A stretch of 64,000 nucleotides of DNA from Raillietiella orientalis. Lineage: Eukaryota. Of the stretch, positions 48,286 to 61,127 are shown in pieces. The stretch lies in contig JAYWIR010000015.1 in NCBI GenBank assembly GCA_036172245.1, forward strand, positions 1,860,001-1,924,000, in the 5' to 3' direction. A program made the position numbers and the translations under genes. The notes beneath the pieces were generated by a model. The model did no database searches. It was not told the DNA's origin and saw nothing but the letters and a program-made list of their open reading frames with translations. The stretch's first letter is position 1. Every line of letters starts with the position of its first letter.

Positions 48286-48996
48286 CGGATGGTGGGAATC
48301 ATTTGAGCTTCTTTTCTGTTTCACTGCTTCCTTTCCAGCTTTTTTTTTTCCTTTCAGGTTTTCCTTTTCTTTCTTCTAGGTTTTGCAAAGTGCTGAAGAA
48401 CTGTCTGCCTCCTTAGGGGCACATCAGGGAGCTCTTTAACACCGCCCACACCACCAGGGGTACGTGTTACTCTTCAAGTTAGGGTGTAACCCCGGAGAAA
48501 TCACCGTGTGAATTCAGGAAACGCTTCGGAGGAAGGAGTCCGTTCCTCTTGCGCTTGGTAGGGGAACCCTCCTTACTGGTTGTCTCCGAAGGGAACCCTG
48601 AAAGGAACCTCTTCCTTATTCTCTCTGGTTGGACTCCCCAGAGGAGGTCACTCCATTGTTTCTTTCGGAAGGGAACCCGTAAAGCATCCGAGAATTTCCT
48701 CTCCAGAGAAAACCCGGATGGGAAGTGCTCTCTGCTCCTCCTCTAGAGAGAACCCTGAAGGAACGCTTCCGAATTTTCTCTGGAGGATCGCTCCCGAAGG
48801 GGACAGTGCGCTTCTTGACCCTCTGGAGAGGTATCGGTCCACCAGCTCCATGGCAGCGATGCAGGGTTGTCCCTTGAAGGGGGGACGGCTCCATTCTCAT
48901 AGCCGAAGGGGAACTTCGAAGGGAACTATCTCCTTGATGCCTGGGCGAATCCCGGGGGGTCAGTGGAGGACATCCGGAATCCACCAGTGCAGCACT

Positions 48997-49198
48997 GCCC
49001 CCCTCCCCCATTTTTTTGACTGCATTTTTTGTTTTGTTTGTTTCCCCTTCCCCTGTGCTGCCGGGGCGAACCCTGCTGGTCTGCGTGCCAGATCCCAGCA
49101 GGTTCCTTTTCGTATTCATAAGTAACGTGGCAGGATCCAGCGTCCTGCCACAGACATGTAGGTTTAGAAATAAGCGCCCCGGTGTGACCGGCTGTCAG
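48997..49198 (+). mobile_element. 202-bp LINE 3'UTR-only insert, antisense in SINE copy 6
   Basis: Perfect 13-bp TSD CCAGTGCAGCACT (48984-48996 / 49199-49211). Sequence matches the 3'UTR of 8793-9000. Confidence 0.92.
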
Positions 49199-51744
49199 CC
49201 AGTGCAGCACTCGAATACGTCAACCAGCGTCATCTTGCGAAGGGAACTCGACACCCGCGACGCACCCCATTTCTCATCGCCGATCTTTCCCCGGGTGAGA
49301 TTCGAACTCGCGACGCCCGGTAACACGTTCGAAGACTCCGGCCACGCATGGCCTCCAACGCGGGCTTCACCTCTTTTCTCACGCGTGCAAGCGGTGCCCT
49401 CACTTTCCCCACGTCAGCTTCTGCAGGCAAAGAGGCGTGCTTTCGTTCGGATCCGCCGATTGGGGCTAAAGGGAGCGTTTGCGGTTGTGCCCAATGCATT
49501 GACCCACCCGCCCACCTTCGAAGAGCACCTGAAACGGTAGGCACCGCCGCCTCTGACGCTACTTTTACGCCTTTTCCACACGGCCCGGTTCGCGTCTGAT
49601 GCCCTCTGTCTTGGTGGTGTGGGCGGCGACGTGATTTGTCAAAGTCCCTTTTCGAGGTTTACTCTTAGTCTGCACGCCGGTGTGCCTGGGTATGCCCGCT
49701 CGTAAACCTGTAACTATGTAGGAAACGTCACCAGGAAGCGCTTTCGTCACATGGATTGCATGTGGACATGACATGTTCGATGTCGCGTTAATGTTGATAA
49801 ATGTCTTCGTAAAGTTGCGCTGACTGACACGCGCTGTCCATTATCTGATCGGCGCTTCTACACTTGTGACCTCATGCGGATGACCTATAACAACCCATTC
49901 CCCTTTTCGTTGCAGAATTGCGTCTTCTTTCCTTTAGGTGGCCGCCGTGTGCTCCCCTTTAACGATAGCGGTGGCACGCACAGCTCGTGCACATACCTTG
50001 GGTCTTTTTCCTTAATCGTTTGTTGGTGTCTTCGCCATCAGCTGCTCCGGGGGATCATGCTTCTCCTCCTTACTTTAGTCTCAGGGTCTACCTAGCTACC
50101 GTTTTCTTCCTAGGTCTTGCGCTCTTTCGTTTCCCTCGCTATAGAACGACGTCAGATGCACATTAGACACGGATTCCCTCATGAAACTCCTGGTGGCCTT
50201 TTTCGCTCTCTTGATGGAGCTTCACCTCATCTGCAGCTGGCGTACGCTGCACCCATGGAAACAACCAGCACATGAGTTGGTTGCTCTCGACACAAAGTGA
50301 GACAGGAACCAATGCAAGAGTACCGCACGTGTATTCTCGAACTTTCCGGCAGTTTTCTCCAGCAATTACTTTGGTGATCCACAAGAAGCACGAAGGCTGC
50401 TCGTCTTGGTCCGTCAAGATCCGGAAAGTTCAGTTCCTGGGTGGTATAGGAACCTTCGGGATATGCCACTACGCCACTAAATGCCTTTCAAAAGCTATCT
50501 GGAGGATACGTTCAGCTCGACATTTTGACAGTCCACGACGAATCCAGATGCTGGAGCACCAGAGGCACTACTCGAAGCAAAGTGCCGTGGCATGTTTGGG
50601 GTATCCTGCTGTCCCACTTTACAGCCCAAATGGATCCGGAAGACGATTCGGTGGACCCGTTTCGCTCTTCTAAGGGAATTGTACCGGTGCGTTCTTTCGT
50701 AGATGAGAACACTGAGAAGATGAGATATAGCCGGAGAGATCGATGCTCGTAACTGGGGAGCACGTTCCCTGTCGTCCAGCGCCGCCGGCATTGGCTGCAA
50801 GGAAGGTCCCATCGCAGGGATCCGCGTGTGGCCACCTGAGGGGCAGCGCAGAACCTCTCAAAGGGCACCACTGGCACGTCTTGGAGAATGTCGAGATCGT
50901 CTTTCTACCGGCGCACTCCTCGGGCGCGGGCACTAGGCGTCGCGGTGTCCGAAAGTTGTGGAACCGACCACCAGTCTGGTAGCGGAGACCTCGGCTGCTG
51001 TCATCGCGCTCCCACAGAGAGGGCAGCTCTGCGGATAGGAGCGTGGCTGTGCGCTCTTCTTGGGGTGTGATGGTGGCTCTTCCTGTGGGGGTGGTGTCCC
51101 GAGGTCGCGTAGGACGGGGCGAAGCAGCTCTGGGCTGGCCCGCGAGATGCCTGAGCCAGTATCCGGAGCTTCGCCTTCGTGGGAGGAGCGGTGGGCCCGC
51201 GAATGGGCAGCAAGAGCGAGGAAAGCTCTCGTCTAGGTGTGGGGGGAGGAGTTGGGTTGGCAGCGGCAGGATTCAAACGCTCAACCTTCCGCAGCTTGGA
51301 GCACGTGAGGTTTCCTCCGCTGCTATGCTACGCGCGCCCGGAGAGCCTTCTCGAGTGCCGTCGCCCGAGTGCTGCTCGAGTGCGCAGGTACGCACTTGCT
51401 TGGCCGACGTCCCCGCTGCGTACGACGCCGTCGTGCCGCCGAGCTGCTTCTCAAGATTTCGGCTCCTTTTGGGGCGGCGGGGCTCCTTTCAGAGCACCGC
51501 CGCTCTCGCCGCCGTCCCGGCATCCCCACGAGCAGAACGACGGGCATGCGACCCCTGGTTCTTGGGCTGCTGACATCGTGCATCCCCACTGCCTCATCCC
51601 TGCAGCGAAGAACTGGAAATAGGGTTCCTGCATGGCCTTTTCCCTCTTTCTGGAGAGTCTCCCCGCGTCTCTCCATCCGCTGGGCTTCCAGAGAGGATGG
51701 GGCTCTCGTGAACTTGCGTTCCTCACCGACCCGTCTTCCCGTAG

Positions 51745-51846
51745 GTCTCCTGGATCCGACTGAGCGACTACCAACTGCTCACCGTGGGAACACAGCTGCA
51801 CAGCAGGGATGAGCGCTTCCAGATCCACTTCTACCAGCACTCCCAG
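51745..51846 (+). CDS. dpr/zig-8-like protein exon 3
   Basis: Acceptor CTTCCCGTAG, donor CAG|GTAGG, phase 0-0. Encodes VSWIRLSDYQLLTVGTQLHSRDERFQIHFYQHSQ (hallmark dpr VSWIR..D..LT.G......D.RF). Confidence 0.93.
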
Positions 51847-52774
51847 GTAGGGTCTGCCGTTCGCATTCTGTTGGCCGCGGCCGCCACAGGCTCGACCCGC
51901 TGCCGGAGGCTGCGCTTTCCTCTTCTTCACGTGGAGATGAAGCCAGCTTTCCCCCAGCTGCTGGCTGTCAGCCGCCCGCCCGGAAGAGGGAGAGGGGAGA
52001 AGGAGGAAGGAAGTTCGACATCCCGGAAAAGTCTCCTCTTCCTCAGCGGCGCCTTCCTGCTCCTCCCGAGCTTCCCTTCCCTCTCCTTCCTTCGCCCGGG
52101 CGGCGCGGACGTCTCGGAGGGGAAAGCGAAAGGAAACGGAACGGACTCTTTGCGGCTTGAGATGCTTTGAGCTCCGACGCTCCTCATCTTTCCGCCGCAT
52201 CTTCCCATCTTCCGGGTTTCCGCTTCCGGAGAACCGTTTCTCCTCCTCCCGGACCGCTCCGGCTTCCGAAGGGAACTTGAAGATCCTGGCTGCGCTTCCT
52301 GGATCGGAACCGGACGGGGGGGAGCAGCGAGCGTTCGAACTGGGGGAATTTCCATTCGGCTCCGGAGTCATTCGGAGGAGAAGAGAGGAGAAGGATCGCT
52401 TCGCTTCTCGGGACCTCGGGAGAGAAGCACCAGGGGTTCGCTCCCGGACACTAGCTGAAAAGCGGCACCAAAGAAGCTGGTGGGAGATCTCCTTGGCCCG
52501 GATCAAGGAGGACACCGGGGAGGGACGAGCGCGCGCTCAGCACGCGGAAGGGTCGCGGAATGTCCTGCCTTGCGGCAACTCGCCAAGATGCAGGACGAGC
52601 GCAGCTGCTCAGCGAACGACCGCCCGGCCGCAGAGACCTTTGGCGTCACGAGTGCCACGACGTGCCTCTGGAAAGCAGCCAGATTCCTCCTCGGAGGGCA
52701 GTGACGCGGGAAGCGGCGACAGACAAAGCACAACGCTTCCTTCCGGAGAGCGAAGCAGCGCCGCAGTCGTTCCA

Positions 52775-53065
52775 ACGTAGGGAGCGCCCTTCCCGGACCG
52801 CCGTGGAGACTTTCCGAGGAGAAACTGCGCGGTAACCTAGTAACGCGTCCGGTCGGGACAGCCCTGGTTTCTCTAGGGCGCTTCATTCGAGAGAGAAGCA
52901 AAGAGGAGCGGCAAGCCGATTTCTGCGCAAAGCATAGAGTGCGTCGAGGCCACCGACTCCTGGGGCAGCTGAGGAAGGAAGACGAAAGAGCAAGCAGGAG
53001 GAGGCCATAAACAGAAATGATGAGCAAATAAACAGAGGAGCGAGGGCGTGAAGGGTGAAGGTGGG
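52775..53065 (-). repeat. ~290-bp diverged repeat (second copy 55065-55350), resembling an old LINE 3'UTR plus shared downstream flank
   Basis: Shared identical core GAGGCCATAAACAGAAATGATGAGCAAATAAACAGAGGAGCGAGGGCGTGA. Minus strand has AAGCGCCCTAGAGAAACCAGGG, a variant of the terminal hairpin. Confidence 0.8.
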
Positions 53066-55064
53066 TGGGGGAAGGGTCTCCGGCAGCAGAGAAGACGCCC
53101 CCAAAGTCAGCGGCGGAGTCTACGGTCTCCTCGCCTCTTCCTGGCTCACCCCCGTAGCGGAGCAGGCGTGGGTGGGTGGGGACAGGGTCATCAGGCAAAG
53201 CCACGAAGGTGCGCGAAGCAGCCCTTGGCGATGCGTCCAGAAGGAGGAGCGGGAGTCTAGCGGCCTCCTCCTCGTCGAACGGCGGACCTTTGTAGGCGTC
53301 GTTCCAAGCGCTGGAGAGTCCTAAATCCACGAAGGCCAATCATGGCACTCAGTTGATCCGGAGGATGGACCGGCAAGTGCGAGGACCAAATGCATACAGT
53401 CGATCCACAGGCCGTATGCATTTGGTCGTGTGCTTCCTCTGGACCCTAGGCCCTGGGCAGCAAACATCCTGTCCAGGGGCTCGCGGAATGCACTCGAGCT
53501 CTGCCCTCAGCGACCCGACCAGCTGGGAACCTCGGATTCCTTCCTCATCTGAGATTCCTCGCGTTCCTCCTCACGTTTCCGTTTGATCCCCTGAACCCTC
53601 TGGGGTGATGGCTCCTTCCTAGTCGATCGCCCGCAGCATCCTCGGTCCTCTGGTCGCTGTCGGCTCGTTTCCAAGGCGGATACACGAAAACCCTCTCTAG
53701 CCTCGGAGATTCGAGCCTACAGGGGAGGGACGGGTCGCAGGAGCTCTGCGCGACGTTTTGTTGGCGCTTCGATGCCTCGGAGGAGCTCTGGGAGTTGCGT
53801 GCCCTTGGGCTTTCGTCTCCATCCAACCCGAAAGGACGGACTCTACGGCAGCGATGTCAGCGCTCACCGGCAGCGGCTATGGAAAGCCAAAACCAACGCG
53901 CGGCTGCGAGTTGCGTGCATTCCTGGGCAAGCCGGAAGACGTCTTTGCCCCTGCGCTTAAGTGTAGGGGTTCCTTCAGAGCGGCGTTGTCGCCACTGTCC
54001 ACTCGACATTCCCTCCTCCTCCCCCCCTTCCCCCGAACTCCGGGATCGCTTGAGTGCTCGGTGAGGTTACCAAATCGGAGCGGAGTCTTCCTGAAAAACA
54101 GGAATGAAAAATCGCGCGCCCGCATCCGCTCCGGAGACGGTTGTCTTCCCTGCTAGCAGAGAAAAATAGTCCTCCTTTCCTTCAGGAGTGGCAGCAAATG
54201 AAAATTATGGAAGTTGGAAATGCTCCAGGCACCAAATGCAGCAGATGCTCAGCCTACTGGGAGCAGGAATTCTTTCCTTTGGTGCTCCGCGAACGGAAAG
54301 GACGGCTTTTCTCAGGAGGATCCATCTTTTCGCGCTCTTCCCTCTGGGTCGAAGCCGCCGGATTCCTCTTGTCGCGAGAAACGCCCTCTGGACTCGGCGG
54401 AGGATCGCTTGGGGAAAGATGGGTTTGACCGTTCCACAGGGGAGGTCGGCCTCGCCATCCCTCCTGGCCTTCACCCAGGGGGCTTCGACCTCGCAGCACA
54501 GCTCTGCCCTAACTGCGGTAGAGACCGTTCCTCGGCGACGCTGGGCGACGCCAAACCATCGCACCCGGGAGTGAGGAGGAATCTGAGTGAGGAAGGGGTG
54601 GCATTTCTCTAGGCGCTTTCTCATCTTTTATGGGTGAAGTGTCTTGTGGATGCAGGAGGGATTTTCCGTCCCGGAAGACCATCCTTGAAATTCGCAGAAT
54701 GTGCTCCGGAAGCAGGAAGGTCAGGAACGGACAGGATGTGAGATGGGGCGGAGGAGAGACTGAATTAAATCTCCTCTCTAAATGAACCAGTTGGCAGATC
54801 CTGGAGGAGAAAAAACACTTCAAGTAGCCAGAAGTCTTAGGTCCCCGGCCAGTAATCATTAGCACGTTGCTGGCATTCCTGATCGAATTCAGAAGCTGCG
54901 GAATGCAACTGTTACGAAAATAGGTTGCCAACTTGCTGAAATCATCAAAAAGACGATGATGACCTTATTCTTGATTGATGAAGAATAGAAAGAAGGAAAG
55001 CTGGTTCTCTTCGGTTCTCTCTACTCTCCGTTGACCCTCCACATGACTCAACTATCAGCTAACG

Positions 55065-55350
55065 ATAGAGGGAACCCTTCCTGGACCGCCATGGGGACTT
55101 TCCGAGGAGGAACCCGCGGCAGCCTAGCAACGCGTCCGATCGAGGCAGACCTGGTCTTTCCAGGGCGCTTCTTCATCCGAGAGAGAAGCGAAGAAGAGCG
55201 GCAAAGTCGATTGCTACGCAACTCGGAGAGTGCAGCGAGGCCACCTACTCGTGGGGCAACTGCGGGAGGACGAAAGGGCAAGCAGGATGAGGCCATAAAC
55301 AGAAATGATGAGCAAATAAACAGAGGAGCGAGGGCGTGAGGGGTGGAAGG
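55065..55350 (-). repeat. Second copy of the repeat at 52775-53065
   Basis: Direct similarity; near-identical peptides HALAPLFICSSFLFMASSCL in ORFs at both loci. Confidence 0.8.
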
Positions 55351-58294
55351 GAGGGTGATGCCGAGTTTTCTTTGGCTGCTTCTGCTTCGCCAACGTGACA
55401 GGAAACACCGCATCTAAGAGTGGAGTATCCAAAAGAAAAGCTGACGTGACCGACCCAGCTGTCTTCAAGCAGCTGTCTGGAAACCGTTCGTAGCCCTGGA
55501 AGCTTGGCGAACTCTCCACACCTGAGGGGACTCCTAAACAACGCTCCCACGGGATTGACGTGCATGGGCAAGGCAAGACACAAGTGAAAAGAACGCGCGA
55601 CAACCTCCTTTGGAGTTCCTGTCTCTTTATTTTCAGTGACTCTGTGACCATTTTGATCTCAAGCAAGAATGCAGAAGGGTGGAGTGGCAACCTGGACCCA
55701 CCCCGAAATCCCTTCCGTTTCTGATATTTAGTTTCGGGGATTTTCGTGCAGAACTGCGAAGATCTGGGAGTTCCAAATCAACATCCTCACCTTGGCATCA
55801 GCCTCCAAAGATCGGAAACAGCGTATGCCTCTTCGGAAGAGCTCTTTCCTGATTGTCGAGGATCTCTCGCTCCACTAAACGCTATGGAAAGATTGAAATT
55901 CATCGATTTATTTATCCTTTGGCTTATGGACAAGTAAAAAAGGAAAGGAATTTACCGCTCACGGAGGTTGCAGCGCCCCGATCAATTCGTTGGGGTTTCC
56001 CTCATTCAGAAGAAATTCGTTGCACGAGTGGAGACGGCCACTTTCGCTGCCTGTAAAAAAAAAAAAAAAGGGACAGGAACACAATACGGGTGCGCTCTCC
56101 AGAGGAAGCAGCTCTCCGAAAAATCAAATCTGGAAGCCAGGAGACGAGAGCGAGCTTACCGAGCGTAAGTGAAGTGCTGCTCGCGCACCAGAGGAGCCGA
56201 CCCACGAAGAAAGCCACGCTCTGCCGCAGCTTTGCAGTCGGAGGAGAGGGAAGCGGGAAGCCGGAACCGATGAAACTGGATCCACGACGGCGAACAAGGC
56301 AAGAAAGTCCAGGGGAGAGTTACCCCGGAGACCTGTAGCGATCCCGCGTTTCTTCAAAATGCATTGTCTTCAAATGACCGCGGGTGTCTGAAGGAATAGT
56401 CACTTGGGTATCTTCATAACAAGAATCCCACCCATCCCACTTCTTGCTCATCGCTATTACTGTTGCTTCTTCCCTGATATCGAGAGTGCATTTTAGAATT
56501 GGCTCTTCGGAAACTGGAGTCTCAGTTCAGGTACTGATTGAAAGTGACACAACCGTGGAGCTCTTTTTCGACCAAAGGCAAGAAAAGTTTTCTCATGCCG
56601 TGGCGCTCTTCGGAGCAAGGCGCGGAGGGTCCCCAGGAGGGATGGGCGGAAAAGCGGCCGAGTTCGCAACGGTCAACAGTGGTCCGTCTGTCGAGGAGCG
56701 AACGACGAAACGTCTCCCGCGACCGGGGAACGCGAAGCGTGACCTTGCTCCTGCGTGCTCCCATCATCAAAGAGGTTGAGGTGGCTCCAATTCCGATTGT
56801 TGCAGCAAAAATGGAAGAAGAGCGGTTGTGGAACTTCTCGATTGATCGCCGAGGCAACCATTTATGAAACGGAAATTGATTCTTCCAGCTTGCTGTTGCA
56901 TTGTAGCCGGTCCATTGTGTTTCCCCTTTCGTGAAGCGAACTTGCCTTTCCCTTTGGTGGGAGGGAGACCTCCGTTCCATTAGAATATTCGGAAAAGGAA
57001 ATCGGAAGATCAGTTTGATTCTCTGCTCATCCTTCCCTTCTTTTCCAAAACAGTCGATTTCTTCAATTTCGGTAATGGCTTTAGGCATCGTCTTTCTTAT
57101 CCAGCGAAAAGCGTGGACACGCCGTGCACGCAGTTCGTCTGATGATCATTTCATTGGGTTCCGACGATCAGTACGATCTCTTAGTTGATGTGACCTCGAC
57201 CTTCATCCAAAGCAGACGAGAATTGTCACTCCATGGTTCTCTTCCGCAATTGGAAATTTCGTTCGTCCCTCATAGGAGCGTTCATTGATCGCTCGTTCGG
57301 AAGCACAAGAACGCGCCCACAAATCTGCAGTAACACTTCAACCACACCACATGGGTGGGCTGTCCAGCCGATTCGTCTATCCATGATTCGGTTTTCAGCC
57401 ACCGGTCTCGGATTTCCTTGTTCTGCACCGTGACTGCCCATCGCTTCGTGGCCGTGTAGTCTGTGGGAGAGCTCTCGTGCTCACGTGAGTGTGCACCTCC
57501 ACGGGATTGTCAAAAAGAGAAAACAAAAGTGTGCAGAAAATAGGTGTTGAGGTGTTGTCACCTGCTGGCCAAAGTGACTCACTGAGCCACTCTTTCTTTC
57601 GAAACAAAAAACAAAAAAAAAGGTCAAGAAGATCAGAGAGATATTCCAGTTTGCTAGTGTTCCCGAAAATAGCCACTCTTCAGGAAGAGCTTGACCCCAG
57701 GACTAACAAGGGAATGTGCGAGATGCAGCGAGCGACATAGCCTCCTTCGAAACATCCTGCAGGGGCGAGAAGATGAAAACAGGCTCGGGATGTTCCCCAT
57801 AAAATATCCATGAAATCGATGAGATCTCTCCTAGTCCAAAACGAAACAGTAGGTAGGGGATTTTATCTTGCCTCGCTCGAGAGAAAGGGTAGAAATGGAC
57901 TTTTCCTGTTCCATGAGTGCTGCCGAGGAATTCCACGGATACCGGGAAGGAATTGCGAAAGTGAGAATCACGGAAAACAACTGGAACGCAGTCTGTGGTC
58001 CTGATCGAAGGAAGAAGAGGGGTCTCAAGCATGGGAGAGTCTCTTCTGAAAATAGGAAGGATGGGTCCGTCATCCGTGTTTCCTGATGTGACTTTCTTGT
58101 GTATGAAATCTTTTTCGAGAAAACGGAGCACGGCCGCCGCATGCTTTCCCTCGTCCGCGACGTTGGATCCGCGGGGCGAGGTCCACCTAGCGATTCTATC
58201 CGTTTTATAGGAAATCACTAGAATTTTTCGGAAATTGAGTTTTCGCAATGTTGTAGATGAGTTTTCCCTCCAATTTAATAAATACATTTTGAAG

Positions 58295-58403
58295 GACTGG
58301 AAGCTGAAAATAATTGATCTCCAATTGTCAGATGATGGAATATACGAATGCCACGTTTCCACCGATCCACCGTCCAGTATATTCGTTGAGCTCATAGTGA
58401 AAG
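58295..58403 (+). CDS. dpr/zig-8-like protein exon 4 (end of Ig1)
   Basis: DWKLKIIDLQLSDDGIYECHVSTDPPSSIFVELIVK (W.L.I...D.G.YEC.VST.P); acceptor TTTTGAAG, donor G|GTAAT, phase 0-1. Confidence 0.93.
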
Positions 58404-60854
58404 GTAATGTAATTTTCCATTTTTTTTTTATTTCCCCTCAGATCTTTCACATCGCCGCGGCTTGAGTTAAAACTGATGTTTCCTTTCGGCGAGCTCGCTC
58501 TTCCAGCACTAAGGGCAATGACTAAAGTGTTTCGACGCTGCTCGTTCCCGTGATTTACTTGGGATTCACTCCCGTAAATGAGCGTGTTCCGATGTTTCGG
58601 TAAATGATGGGCGAGGGTGCTGCCAAATGCTTCCGACTGCCGCGTGTTGCAGGATCGCATTCGGTCCTTGCAAAAGCGGCTCACTAGATGGAGTCCGTCT
58701 TCGCCGACCTTGCCAAAGACACGCGGCGTAGAGATCACCTCCCGGGAGAAAAAAAAAAAAGAAACTCTGCTTCGTTATTCGCACATCAGCATCGGAGTTT
58801 CCCGCCCTTCCAGGCGTCCCCTTTTCCCTGCATCGAAAAAAAAGCGCCGGGAATGCGTTCGCGTAGACGAACTAGAAGATTTCCTCCTGCTTCGTTTCCC
58901 AGCTTGCAGGCATAGTGGACCACCCTAACGCGGGCGCGTTTGAAAGAGAAGTCGCACCTGCGAACGGCATCGTTTCGCTCCCACGCGCAAGACTATCGCT
59001 CAGGTCTTCCTAAGCTGCGTTCGTAGGAGCAATCTGTAAAAGAGCTCGCAGATCCCTTCCGAACCTTCCCTCATCGGAAAAGGGAACCTCTTTGCCTTGA
59101 GGTTACCCGAATCGACCACTCTTTTCCTAGCTCTTTTCCCAAGAGCACGGAAGCGCGCTGCCGCCGGCTGACGTGAGTGAACCTGCGTTGAGAGGAACAG
59201 CAGCAGCAGGCAGAGCTTCTTGGGTTCTTCCTCGTGCGGGGGGTGGTGGTTTTCTTAGCGGACTGTCTGGGAGAACAAAGCAGGGCCGTTCTCGGAGCAC
59301 TTGAAGGCTGGAGTGCTTCTGCCCAGTCTGCAAGAGACGCAGTCGGCTCTCTCCGTCCTCCAGAAATCACGAGTAATCCGCTCCCCTACCGAAATCTGGA
59401 GGCGGTGGCTTTTCGACGCTGCAAACGGATCACTGCTCCTCCAGCTTGCAGTTTCTGGGATCAGCTGTGGACTTGGATAAGTTCCCAGATGCATGAGAGC
59501 AAAGAAGGGAAATCTTCCACCGGTCCCGAGAAGATCGCCTGTAACCGGGGCCTAGTGTGCATGCTCGTGAGCTCGGACCTCGTTTTGCCTACGAGAAGGC
59601 GGTCTTGGGGAAGGATTGGAGTCCCCTCTCAGTCGCCATGTTTTTTTGGCTTGCGTCTAATCCGCTTTTAGTACGAGGTGCTTGTGTTACTCGGTCGGAC
59701 TTTTCTTTGCTGAGCGCGGCCACGAGCCTCATCGTTCACGTCACGTGTATGACCAAGCGAAATCTCCGAACTTTCGGTTGTCCTCACTCTCCCGTGTCCC
59801 ATCTTGGTACCTTCATCGTGCCGGGAAGAAGGCATGAGCCGTGGAAGAATGCGGGTGGCTTACCGACCGGCGAGGAGAACGCGCTTCTGGTACTCACAGA
59901 GCACAAGGCAGCTGCCGGCAGATGCTGAAGTGAAGACAGACTCAAGTTTTCCTCAGCTGAGCCCTTTTGTTCAACAGCCGGGGTTCTGGGCGTTGTCTGA
60001 GAGACCAGCCAAGCTTTGGTGCGAGCAGCCTCGGAAAGAAAACCGAGCGCCTCCAGGGTCTTCGTGGTCTTCTTCTGTCCGAGCTGGATTTGCAGGTCTC
60101 GGAGTACAACACGCGCTGCCCGATTCGAACAGAAGCGCTTCTGTCCTCTGCGTCGGAGCACCTGAAATCGCAGTGTCACAACACCTCAAGACCGGCAAAG
60201 GACCGCCGATTGCGTGCGTCTCTGCCAGCATGCCAGAACGCCGTTGCAGCGCCCTGCGTTCTCTCATCTTGCGCTTCGCATACGCGCCGAGATAACTGCC
60301 TGTGGTGCGTAGGCGGAAAGCATCTCTCAGTAGCACCCTCTTTTCTGGATGATCCAAGCTTCTTCCCCGTGCTTCCGAGACGGCCTCTGGGCTGCAGAGG
60401 AGACAGACTTCCGTCTGAATGGAGAAAGTGAGGTCTCTGTGGAAACTCCACGCACCCCGTGTTCTCCATTCGCGTCGTGACTGCGAGTCAAGGTACCGAG
60501 AAGATCAGGTTAAATACTGAGAGGAACGCGATCGAGAGTTCTCGATCCAGTCAGAGCGGCTGCTTTCCTCAAGCCCACGATTCTTGCAGCATCTGCTCCT
60601 CCTTTTTGTCTTGCGTTTCTTGTAGGCAAGCCCAAACTCCAAACGGTGGGTCGCTTCGGCGAAGGCGCACGGTGAGATTGTTCCCCGCGACGCGCGCATG
60701 CTGGTGGCAATCCTGACGTGGACACGAGGCGCCGTGATACACAATCTTCGCCCGGTTTGATTTTCATATAAGATGTGTGTCAGGCTCTGATAGAAAGAAC
60801 GAACGAAGACGCGTCTTATTACCCTATGCACGTGACCCCAAACTCTCTTTGCAG

Positions 60855-61127
60855 AACCCAAGACGGTCATCCACGGCAACCAAGAAAAATATGTTAAGAA
60901 AGGAAGCCATTTTTCTTTGGACTGCGAGGTTCAGATACCAGTGGCACCGGTGCAGTTTCGATGGTCTCTCAATAACCGCTCGTTATCTGCTGCGGACGGC
61001 TTGGAAGTGTCGTCTGGGAATTACGCGAGTCTTCTAGAAGTCACGAAAGCAACGAAAAATCATTCTGGTGTATACGCCTGTACTGTGCTCTCGGAAACTG
61101 CGACTGCCACCGTGCATATCATCAATG
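60855..61127 (+). CDS. dpr/zig-8-like protein exon 5 (Ig2)
   Basis: Acceptor CTCTTTGCAG. Encodes PKTVIHGNQEKYVKKGSHFSLDC...FRW...SLLEVTKATKNHSGVYAC...TVHIIN; donor G|GTAAT, phase 1-1. Confidence 0.93.

Larger units (their letters stand above)
47324..49365 (-). mobile_element. tRNA-headed structured SINE-like element, copy 6 (full length, with two LINE inserts)
   Basis: Head GCCCGCGTTGGAGG, T-arm GCGAG-TTCGAAT-CTCAC, hairpin body 48420-48960, 3' hairpin 47344-47390, T15 then A tail. 12-bp TSD TTCGCCTCTTTT (47312-47323) / TTCACCTCTTTT (49366-49377). Confidence 0.88.

Noticed and set aside
48430..48500. Twister-like start TTAACACCGCC
   Set aside because: Lacks the T1/T2 pseudoknot partners and lies antisense to the SINE.
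50227..50469. pogo/Tigger DDE_1-like remnant (VLLVDHQSN...QPTHV)
   Set aside because: Similarity too weak and no terminal inverted repeats found.
51451..53339. Long minus-strand ORFs (354 and 278 aa) and similar GC-rich ORFs at 39660-40552
   Set aside because: No recognisable domains; the first is antisense to a real exon. Expected by chance in GC-rich DNA.
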